Assembly: GCA_964106645.2 (NCBI GenBank)
Contig: OZ067039.1
DNA length: 64,000 bases
Strand: one strand, 5' to 3'
DNA from: Podarcis pityusensis
Taxonomy: Eukaryota
Below, piece by piece: positions 13,365 through 23,435 of this stretch. How positions within the stretch are numbered: position 1 is the stretch's first letter; the number at the start of each line of letters is the position of its first letter. The notes beneath the pieces were generated by a model. That model saw only the letters and a program-made list of their open reading frames with translations, had not been told where the DNA came from and made no database searches. The position numbers and the translations under genes were made by a program.

Positions 13365-13404
13365 CCCTCAAAACAAAACTGGAACTTTGGCTTATAGGAA
13401 CCGC
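13365..13404 (-). other. ERC2: Short 3'UTR part of the ERC2 stop exon, ending at a probable splice donor
   Basis: GAGGG|GTGAGA donor-like site 40 nt after the TAA, giving exon 13365-13431 (67 nt). Confidence 0.7.
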
Positions 13405-13431
13405 TTAGGCCCATATTCCCTCCTCATCATC
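13405..13431 (-). CDS. ERC2: ERC2 terminal coding segment DDEEGIWA* (PDZ-binding motif for RIM)
   Basis: ggctggcAG|GAT GAT GAG GAG GGA ATA TGG GCC TAA; IWA-COOH is the known neuronal ERC/CAST C-terminus. Confidence 0.95.
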   Translation of the reverse strand, partial: DDEEGIWA

Positions 13432-13500
13432 CTGCCAGCCAGACATTAGAAGGTGTTAGCATTGGAATGAAAGAAGAAACGGTTAGTTACGGTGGTGCAA
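13432..13500 (-). promoter_or_regulatory. 3' splice-site region with three CUAAY motifs and an AG-exclusion zone
   Basis: Minus strand: GTAACTAAC-cg-TTTCTTCTTTCATTCC-aat-GCTAAC-acct-TCTAAT-gtctggctggcAG; no AG for about 66 nt. Confidence 0.6.
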
Positions 13501-15487
13501 CTGAAGATACATCGATCTTCAATGATGAAGGCATTAAAGTTTTCAAAGAAAATGTTATGAAATTTAAGCAACAGCTATGTTATATCACAAGCGACAAAAG
13601 CAAGAATATAATAAGTCATTCCGTACATCCAACTGCAACTGTGAATCAAAAGTGGATTGTACAATTCAACAGCAATGGTTTGCATATAAAAACCAATTAA
13701 GACTATTGCAGAAAGAGTCTAAGGCTGAAATCCTATGCTCACCTACCTGGAAGCAGCTGCCATAGAGCTCCGTGAGGCTGACCTCTGAACCGACATGTAT
13801 ATCACAGGCATATTGGTAATTACTACAATAATAAAAGCTTTCCTTTCAGGAAGGCACAGACATATATGATACAACATGACAAAGAATGAGATAACTTAGC
13901 GAGGCAAGTATATTCTTACATAAAGTCAATCCAAGCCATTACTGCATGGTATACTAATGCGGTGCCAAAAATGCCCCCTGAATTTTTTCTTGACCAATTT
14001 ATCACAAGAGAAATCACATTCAAAAATTATGAAAGGAGAGAAGAAACATTGGTGCAATGCTCATATGTGAGATACAGGGGTTTCTTGTGACTATTTTATT
14101 TCCAAGGTGACCAAAGGGTGTTTGTGATGTCTGTTATTTCATTCTACAAATCATATCTTTGAACCCTTCATGGGAGAGAATTGGGAGGCTGCATACTGTG
14201 CTCCTGGTTTTTCTGGTCATGTTTCTTTTTAAGTGAAATCTTTTTACTTTTAAAGAAAGAAAGAAAAACTGACTGCGCTAATCTCAGGTGCTCGGCAGTT
14301 AGCCTCCCCTGTTTCCTGTGTTTCAGTTCATGAGGTAAATTCTTTCACTGGGCTTTTTCAGATCAAGATGCAGGTAGCTCGGGTGCGTGGAAAGAAAAAC
14401 ACACACAAAGCCATGGCCATCTTGCAATGATAAGCTGAGTTCAACCCCACAGAAATTGTAAAGAAATGCTTAAGTGGTCTGAGAAACCGGGTGGACATAG
14501 GGAATGGAAGTCTCTTTTGTAGGGAAAGAAACTTTTTTTAAAAAGGAGGAAAACAGTATAGCTTACATCAATAGATGCCTTGTATTAATGCAAGGTGCCT
14601 ACTTATGGCCTATTCTTGCTGCATCCCCATGTGCTGCATTCCACATTGTTGCAGAATGTTCCTCATCCTTCAGGTGTTGCTTTTTGGGGGTGGTACACAG
14701 AGAAGAAGCTGGAACAGGATCACCATATGAGCAGAATTCTACTCACATTCCTCTTTACTCCAGCTTATGTCACAGTCAACTTTTGCGTCAGGCATAGATT
14801 CTTTCTTTTGCCTCAACAAACCATCACTGGGTTAACAGAGGTTTAAAAAGTAGCAATAACTGATGGATTGTGTACACAGGTTACCATATTTACTTTAACT
14901 ACTGCCATCTAATACATATTATCTTATCCCTGGAAGACACCAATATGGGATTGTAAATAAATCAATTAAATATATTTTATGAATTACCGGTACTTTTTTT
15001 CAGTATTGAGAATTCTGCAGTTGGCTAACTCTGAAACGTATCTTGTGTTAGGGACAATCTTACTTGTGAATAAATACGCATAACATTGTGATGTTGCATT
15101 ATTGTTTATTATTCAAATATACCATATACTACATTGTGAAAACCCACAGTGGCAACATCACTACTAACCTCAATCAAGTCAATATAATAAAAGAACAGCT
15201 GAATGTTATATTTTTTAAAGCAGACATTAAGACAGATGTTACGTACATTACTGAATTAAGCAGAAAAATATGGCAGTCAGATATAAATTTAAATATAATT
15301 AAACTTAGAATAAAGCCAGCCCATTTTTTACCATATTTATTTCAATAGGGACACTGAATGCATTCATCTTTGTTTCAGTTTATAATTCAACTTGCATAGT
15401 CCCTTATTTGCTGGTTTTGATCCCTTTTAACGGCTTGACCAATTTAACTTTCTACACTTGGCCAGTGTTTCTCAAAATGCTCTAGTG

Positions 15488-15615
15488 CAGGAGTAGCCAA
15501 TGTGGTACTCTCCAGATGTTATTGGACTTTAACTACCAGTCAGTATGGCCAGTGGGTAGGGATGATGGAAGATGGAATCCAAAAGCATTTGGAGGGACCA
15601 TGTTGGCTACCCCTG
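15488..15615. mobile_element. Diverged palindromic hAT MITE
   Basis: caggagtagccaa ... ttggctacccctg TIRs; partial 8-bp TSD ctctagtg/ctctaaat. Confidence 0.7.
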
Positions 15616-15705
15616 CTCTAAATGGTCAAATCCCACATGATCTTGTTAAAGCAAAGTGTCTAAGGATCAGGATTCAAGCCACCCATCTTCTATGGCACTG
15701 TATCC

Positions 15706-16007
15706 TAAAGGTAAAGGTACCCCTGACCGCTGTATAGGCTAAGGGAGCTGGCATTTGTCCACAGATAGCTTCTGGGTCATGTGGCCAGCATGACTAAGCC
15801 ACTTCTGGCGAACCAGAGCAGTACACAGAAACGCTATTTACCTTCCCGCCGGAGTGGTACCTATTTATCTACTTGCACTTTGACGTGCTTTCGAACTGCT
15901 AGGTGGGCAGGAGCAGGGACCAAGCAACGGGAGCTCACCCAGTCATGGGGATTTGAACCACCAACCTTCTGATTGGCAAGCCCTAGGCTCTGTGGTTTAA
16001 CCCACAG
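15706..16007 (-). mobile_element. Sauria SINE with deletions, fused to a MITE
   Basis: Homologous to 9495-9840; lacks the extreme 5' head and part of the 3' region. Confidence 0.9.
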
Positions 16008-16008
16008 A

Positions 16009-16236
16009 GTTAAGTACTTAATTCATTCCGGAGGTCCGTTCTTAACCTGAAACTGTTCTTAACCTGAAGCACCACTTTAGCTAATGGGGCCTCCTGCTGC
16101 TGCCGTGCCACCAGAGCATGATTTCTGTTCTCATCCTGAAGCAAAGTTCTTAACCAGAGGTACTATTTCTGGGTTAGCAGAGTCTGTAACCTGAAGCGTC
16201 TGTAACCTGAAGCGTCTGTAACCTGAGGTACCACTG
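16009..16236 (+). mobile_element. Tc1/mariner-type MITE lacking its left terminus
   Basis: Ends gtaacctgaggtaccactg + TA; same family as 6179-6410. Confidence 0.88.
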
Positions 16237-18399
16237 TATTATCTTTGAATCAATTGAAACATTATTTTTACTTGATTGTTTGTTTACAATATATTGTGTA
16301 CTAGCAAAAGTTTCTCTCCCCAATTGAAATATTTCTATTTTATTTGGGGTTTAAAGAGTCTTCTGCACTCACATTTTGGAAACAAATTTCTGAATGGTTT
16401 GCTTTCTTCTCTTTTAACATAAATGACAGAGAGCAGAAGCTGCCACAGATTTGCTAAGCATAGTAGTAGACAGAAATAAAATGGCATGGTTATACGAACA
16501 AACAAATGTTCCAGCTGTGAGAATGCCACTGAGTTAAAAGCAAAACAAAAAAGAAGGGAAAGAAGAGGAAGTTATGACTTGAAAAGTAGGGATGAGGCGA
16601 AGTGTATCATAAGACAATGTTCTGACAAATTTTCCAAGAAAAGTTCAGTAGCCTGAACTAATGGAGTATCTTAGTCCTCCCCTAGAGAATATTTTGCAAA
16701 ATGGTCTCCCTAATTTCACCGTGCATGAATTTTGAGTGCAATTGTAGATCCAGTTTTTATATTGTTTAATATTGTTGAAGGAAGCAGTGGACTTGGCTCC
16801 TACACCCTCCATTAGCTTAGATGGCCCTCTTCATTTTTCAAGTCTCTCAGGCTCCTGGGCAAGAAGCTTCTCCTGTTACGCCAACACCGACAATACTAGA
16901 GATGTGGTCGTGCAATTTTAGTAGCACTGCTTGAATATAAACAGTGGTCTTCAGGTGGCCCTTGAACCCTTCTCCTGGGGAAACTGTCACTTGTATAGGT
17001 TCTACAATGTTTCCTTCCAGCCACTTGGCTATGGAATTGACTGAACTGCTGTCACTGGAATGGTGGCCTGTCTTCCTCTGCCTTTCCCCTGGCCAAAGTC
17101 TTGCTCTAGTGCTGCTTGGACTTGACTGCCAAAGGATCAGAACCCTGCTTGAGGGCAGCTCTGGAGCTTATGCAGGAATCCAAGACTTGATTACAGTAAT
17201 GGCGTTAATTTGGCTGACATTTTGGATACAACAGGATGATTGCAAGGCAATAGGTAGCTCAATTGGTGTGTTTTTCTTAAATTTTCCATTTTATTATCAG
17301 TGGCAGTCATGTTAGATCAAAGATGTGGCCACATAGGATTGTGGAATTCCTGGACATGAAATGTACAACCTTTAAGTCTTTTTAATTCATTTGCAGCCAT
17401 GCAGCTTGGCATGCAGCAGATTTCGACTTGGCACACCCAAAACATGTCTGCCCACTTCTATTTTGAAAATGCCTCTAGAAGTTTATTTAAGCAAACAATT
17501 TTTCATTTTTCTGAGAGTAACCTCAAAGGTTTAGGCTGAAAGGGGGTCTGAGAATCCTTTAAATAACAAGAAATAAATATATGAGTGTGGGTTCTTTCTT
17601 CCTACTGAGCTATGGCTATGCTGGTGGTGGCACTGTGGCTGCTTCCTGCCAGTATGCTCATGCAGTGTTTGTAGAAGACAGCAGATGGATTAAGTGTCAT
17701 TGCCAAAGTTGTTGCGAAAACTGTAACATTGACTGGTGCCTTCCAGCGTAGCCTTTATGAGGGTGTCTTTGGGAGCAATGCCATGATAAGCAGTAGGTGA
17801 TGAATGCAGCTTTCACTGTCTGTTTGCTCTCTTTTCATTGCTTTCATTGTGCTTTTTGAAACAAGCTAAGGTGTGGCAGCAACTGCCTTCACTGGACAAT
17901 GAGATTTCCCTTCCTGCCACCCCTGTGTACAGCTGGGCCCTTTGAATAGGGTAAGATATTGTCTTAGCATGGCTCTAACTCCCAGCTGCTCTAGAACTAC
18001 TAGATAACTAAGGGTTGTTGGGTTGTGTGTGTGCATGCGAGCTTAAAGGCAGGGAGGGATCATCTGTCCAAATCAGAGGATACTGTTCAGATTTCATAAC
18101 TCCAAGAACTGGCTCCTGAATTTGCTTGTCTTTCCACCCCCCATGGTGAGCCTGTGGGTAGAGAATGCCTTAGCTTTTAATCTCTGCGTAGCTCTTAGAA
18201 AACCTTAGGCACTCTATAAGTGATAAATTACAACATCAACATCTAAACTAGATAGAAATTAACATGTGCTCCTTTATTTATTACTATAACTAAAAATGTT
18301 TGGTTCCCTGATATTTAACCTGGTTTTAAGGACAATGCATAATATTAATAATAATAGAACATGTATAGTATATTAATATTATTATTATAATATCAACGT

Positions 18400-18690
18400 C
18401 ATTAATTTATATGCCACTTATATGCTAATATGCATTCTAAGCAGTTTACAACTATAAAATCCATTATAAAACCCATATCTAATTAATATACAGAGCATTA
18501 AAACATCCTTAATTTAAATATACAATAAAGCAAACTGGTTAAAAAGAATGACAATTGAAACATTTTTAAAAAACCATTTAAAACAGTAAGATCAGATGTT
18601 CAATTTCAGAGCAATGCTTTCCCAGACAGGTGTGTCTTCTGAAGCCAGTGGAATGCCAATAGTGATGGGCCTCTCACATTTCAGAAATCA
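18400..18690 (-). mobile_element. Degraded L2-type 3' fragment
   Basis: tttatatgccact...ctaagcagtttacaa tail signature followed by an A-rich UTR. Confidence 0.45.
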
Positions 18691-20026
18691 GTAAATACAC
18701 AAGGACTACCTAGTTTCAGATCCCATGAGTATTAGACTGATTCTTTTAATATAGTTGACAAATCAATGTGGAAATGGAATGAAAAAGACATGAGTGAATA
18801 GATGTGAAAGTGACATGGACTGAGAATAGACTGATTTGCTAGTCCTTAAATAGGTTCAAGTGATATGTCTGGGTCTCTTTGTTTGCTTTTCTTAGTGTTT
18901 CAAGAATCAAGAATCTTGAAATCTTCATCAAGAATCAGACTGTATGCATGTGATTGAATGAAAGGCCACAGCCTCCTAACTGAATACAACTGCTCCCATA
19001 ATATGACTAACATCTATAAACAATGAAGTGGTTTTAGAATACTTGGTAGGACAAGAGTATCAATTAAAAATGCTTTCACAACACAGTCTTCCCAATGTTC
19101 ATGAGTTAAACTCTTTTGGCTTCCTTCCTTCAGTGGAAAAGCCTGCCTGACAAGACTTGTCACAGATGCCTTTCATGTCCCTGAGTGCAAAGAATTAACA
19201 TCTCAACTTGAGTTAAGTAAATCTAGTGATAATAATGTGCTCATCTTATGATTTTTTTTTAAAAAAAAAGCTGATATAAGGCATCTTTTCTTATTGTCTG
19301 CAGCCTGCTACAACTGATGCATTGAGTTGTCAAACATGTAACTACTGGCCCTGAGACTATAAAACATTTCTACATGTTGCAGACAATACTCTTTTTTTAC
19401 ATGCTGGTTGCCACATAAGGGGTTTAATTTCTTGTAACAAATATGTTTACTTGCTGTGGCCTGAAAAGACTTTATGTTTTTAAAAATGTATAGGGCCATT
19501 TATTTTTTAAAAAAGAAAAGAAAATATGACAATGTACTAATCCTGAGTCAGTTTATGGGAAACATGTAAGGTCAAATAAAACTTGGTGATGCCTAGACCT
19601 GTACATGCATCCAGAATTAACAGGTTTAATAGAAGAACACATCAGCCAGAAACGTCATTGTCTGGGAAACAAAATTCTGAGGACCTACTGGTATATCATC
19701 AGTATGGCTAAGTCAAAATAATGTGCCTTGTTTCAGATTCATTTCCATGTGTGCCAACAAGAATCTCTTTCTTTTCCCCATTTACTTTTGACCCTCACTG
19801 GGAATAAATGTGACAGTATTCTTCGAAGCCCTTTCCTTCCACATTGTCCCTCACTGTCATATAATATGACTGGCTATAGTGGCCCATATGCTTTTGTAGG
19901 TTACTGTCAACTATAGGATTTTGTTACCTTCCACATCTAATATAATGTGAGCAGCTGATTTCAGTACCCTACAGGATTCAGTGGGCAAACGAGTCTGAGC
20001 GCAGCTGAGGAGAAATATGGCCCTGA

Positions 20027-20266
20027 TACTGGCCACCTCATGAGAAGAGAAGACTCCCTGGAAAAGACCCTGATGTTGGGAAAGATGGAGGGCACAAGGA
20101 GAAGGGGACGGCAGAGGATGAGATGGTTGGACAGTGTTCTCGAAGCTACCAACCTGAGTTTGACCAAACTGCGGGAGGCAGTGGAAGACAGGAGTGCCTG
20201 GTGTGCTCTGGTCCATGGGGTCACGAAGAGTCGGACACGACTAAACAACTCAACAACAACAACAAC
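20027..20266 (+). mobile_element. BovB (RTE) LINE 3' end
   Basis: ORF 20040-20276 MRREDSLEKTLMLGKMEGTRRRGRQRMRWLD...VHGVTKSRTRL is the BovB ORF C-terminus; (CAA)n tail; possible diverged TSD atatggccctgata/acatggcactgaca. Confidence 0.95.
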
Positions 20267-20496
20267 ATGGCACTGACAAGCAGCCAGTTTAGCTTTGCCA
20301 AGTACCCTCAAAACAAGCCGAGCTTTTTATTAAAAAGTCACTTATTTAGCTGCACTAGAAACAATTCAGTGTTTAATCTTATGAGTTTTCCCTCAAAAGC
20401 CTAGACTTACTTAGGTGGGACTGGTGCAAATTGTGTCAACCAACTTGCAAGTAAGTGTTTAGCAATTTTAACCTTGGGAATCCTTTCCACCAGTTA

Positions 20497-20680
20497 TAGA
20501 AAGCTGCCTTCTGTCAGGCCAAGCTATTTGCAAGGGACTCTATTTAATCCGGTTGGCAGCACCTCTCCAGTGTGTCATGCCAAAGCCTTTCCTACCCTGA
20601 CCTTCTAGCTGGAAATGCCTGCAATTGAATCAGGACCTTCTACATGAAAAGCACCTGCTCTACCAGTGAGCTTTATGGTC
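20497..20680 (-). mobile_element. Squam3-type tRNA-derived SINE, diverged
   Basis: Reverse complement agctcactggtagagcaggtgcttttcatgtagaaggtcctgattcaat head and ...aaggcagctt tail. Confidence 0.7.
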
Positions 20681-22029
20681 TCCTTCCTCTGAAGCTCTTC
20701 TTCCAAGTCATGGCTCAGCCCCTTAACTGATATTATACAGTAGCTATCACAAACGGCTTCAACAACCCATATTGCAAAAAAAAATTCATGAAGGGAATAG
20801 AAGAGTAAAGGGGGAGGCACAGCATTCTGTGTCATTTATGGGCAATACAAAAGCAAGGAATTTAACTGCACATTTAATGGCTACATTTTAAGAAGCAGAA
20901 ATCAGTGCAGCTCCAGAAAAGCATATGTGCTGTTAGGATAGGGATTAGACATTAATTAGCACTGGGCTGCAGTAATATGAAGAGAGTGGGAGAGTCAACA
21001 AGGGCAAATGAAAAAGACAGTATTTTCAAGGTAGGGCAAAATCTATGAATTTGTGCTGGGGGAGGAGTGAGACTTACTATTCTGAAAGAATTTACTATGA
21101 TAGCACGGAGTGCATCCGTCTCTTTCTTTTGTTTAACAAAAGCTTTGACACCACAGCATGCAGCAAAGGAGATACAATCAGCAGTGCAGCATTGTTATAA
21201 CGTGTTCCATAGGACGGTCCAGTAGAAACAACTGTTTGTCACCATGTAGCATCCATCATTCCCTGGGGCTTTGCCAGGAGACAAAATGGCTGCCTTATGA
21301 GGCCCTTCAGGGAGTGAAATGGCCCCATGAAAGCTGGAGTGCTAGCATTAATGCACGTTTCCAATGTACATTAATACATTTCCAAAGTCTGAAGGCAGCT
21401 GTTGGTAGTATGCATGCAACACACCTCTTTTAAAAATTAAAAATACCACTTAACCATAAGAGGTTTACTAGTGTTTTGTGGTTTTACACTAGCACTATAT
21501 ATTGGGTCACCAAAAACAAAAAACCCAGATGCAGTTTTGAGTGCAACACACAGTTCTGAGTGGAAAACTTAGGCTTGTGTAATAAAAACAAGGAGCAATC
21601 AAATTGCAGTAACTATATGGAATGACAAATAACAAAACCTGACCTGAAAAACACATGATTCATGCTTTTAAAAAATGCCAGAACAGGCAACAATTCATTT
21701 ACAGTTCATTTCAGTTCTTCTTTGAAAGCAAAGAAGCAACAGATCTACTTGCTGGTTTTCTGCATAACAATCTAATGAAGCAATTAATCTGTGTTTTCTT
21801 GCTTCATTAATCTGTTACTTTCTTATTCTTCTGCTCTTTTTATTCACAATATTCTTACTATTTAAGAACTGCTTGTGACATCTTCAGGTTCTAGCTATTC
21901 TCTTTCTACTCTGAGTCTGATCTTTGACAGTTAAGAGAGTCTCCACTTCTCCGAAAATGTAGAAATGGCCAGGGACCTGGAAATATTAAACCTGGAATGT
22001 ACTTAAAATATGAATTTTGGCATGGTTTT

Positions 22030-22410
22030 TTCACTGTGCCGGCTGCAGGAGAATTTCTCCTGTGAGCAGGGACACCCCCCCCCCCTTGTATGTCGCCTTC
22101 ACAGACCCAATGAAGGCCTTTGACCTCATCAGCCAAACAGGACTCTTCACACTGCTCAACGAGATAGTATGCCCATCTAAGCTCTCAACCAAACCCTGAT
22201 TCAGGCAGGTACTTATATAAGTTTCTCCCTCCTCTCAAGTAGCCTCACTTGAACTGCTAGTAAGCCACTTTGCCAAAAGCCTGGCTCACCATCTCTCTGC
22301 TCCTGTGGGGAACGGTTCCAAGAACGTTTTCAAGAGCTGTCCACAAACATAGGGAACTGGTGTGAAGACGCCTCAACCTAGATCAGGTATGCTTGGATGC
22401 AATAGCTCTT
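22030..22410 (+). mobile_element. Old RTE-clade LINE remnant (reverse transcriptase fragment)
   Basis: LYVAFTDPMKAFDLISQTGLFTLLNEIVCPSKL resembles the RT motif LYIAFIDLTKAFDLVSR.GLF..L..IGCP.KL. Confidence 0.75.
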
Positions 22411-22852
22411 GGGGGTTGCTGGTGTTCTGCTCCTTCTCCAGGGAGGCCTCAGGTTCCCTGTCTGGGCAGAGTTGAACCCTGACACTCATTCACCTTACTC
22501 AGTTCCTGCACTCTATACTCTCTCCAACATAATAAGCCAATCCTGCCTCTTCCTCCTCCCAGCTGATGCATCATACCAAGCTCATACTTCTCTGACACTT
22601 CTGTGTGAAGTCCATCTGGGGTAAAGCACTTGCATCCTTCACTTATGGATCCTTCACTTAAGCTCAGCCACTTTCAATTTCTCCTGTTATAAAATGTGTG
22701 ACAAAGCCAAACAATGCTATGTCTTGATGCTGACAGAAAAATATACTCAGCATTCTATACTTCAGGTTTGCTTTCTAATACCAGAAGCAACTAAAATCAC
22801 TGAGCTGCTTTGATAATTTGATACCATAGGACAACAAGTAACTGAAAATTTA

Positions 22853-22857
<5 letters not shown>

Positions 22858-22899
<42 letters not shown>
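22858..22899. repeat. (TA)n microsatellite
   Basis: About 21 perfect units. Confidence 0.98.
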
Positions 22900-22902
<3 letters not shown>

Positions 22903-23300
22903 ACTACTGGTGAGCAGACTCAAACCAATTATATTCTTATGGACAGGTTGAGTTAATAAAAGACAACCATAATAAATTATACTTGAAGAGAACAGCTATC
23001 TAAACAAAAACCCTAAAGTGCATTAAAAAAGCAATTCCTCAGAAACATTACTTTTAATAGTTGAATCGGGACTCTTCAGAAATGCTATGAAAGCAAAAGG
23101 AGGAAAGAAAACCATAACAAGAGGAACAAAAAGGCCAAACGGAAAGAGGAAGGAAAACGTTTAGATTATTTGAGTGATGGAAATAAATAACAAAGCTATT
23201 AGTTTCAGTTCAAAGAGCATATCGCTTGTATTGTTTATTCTTTCTTTTGAACATTTATTTTATCCTGAAAATTGGCACAGTAAAAGCGTAAGCGACTGAC

Positions 23301-23435
23301 CTGTTCTGGAGAGGGTCTGTGGTTGGAGTGCTGTGTCCTCCCAGGAGATCTGTGATGGTGGTGGTGGTGGTGGTGGTGGTAGTGGTGATGGTCATCATCA
23401 TAGTTGTCTGCCATCAGCTTCATCCTGTTCTGCGT
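23301..23435 (-). CDS. ERC2: ERC2 coding exon (135 nt) with poly-histidine tract
   Basis: Acceptor tttgtttgtttcaatcctgacAG; 45 codons TQNRMKLMADNYDDDHHHYHHHHHHHHHRSPGRTQHSNHRPSPEQ; donor CAG|GTCAGT; phase 0 at both ends, in frame with the neighbouring exons. Confidence 0.97.

Larger units (their letters stand above)
13432..23300 (-). other. ERC2: ERC2 intron (about 9.9 kb, GT-AG, phase 0)
   Basis: Lies between the poly-His exon and the IWA exon. Confidence 0.9.

Noticed and set aside
23235-23300. ORF extension VSRLRFYCANFQDKINVQKKE
   Set aside because: Intronic read-through past a good GTCAGT donor.
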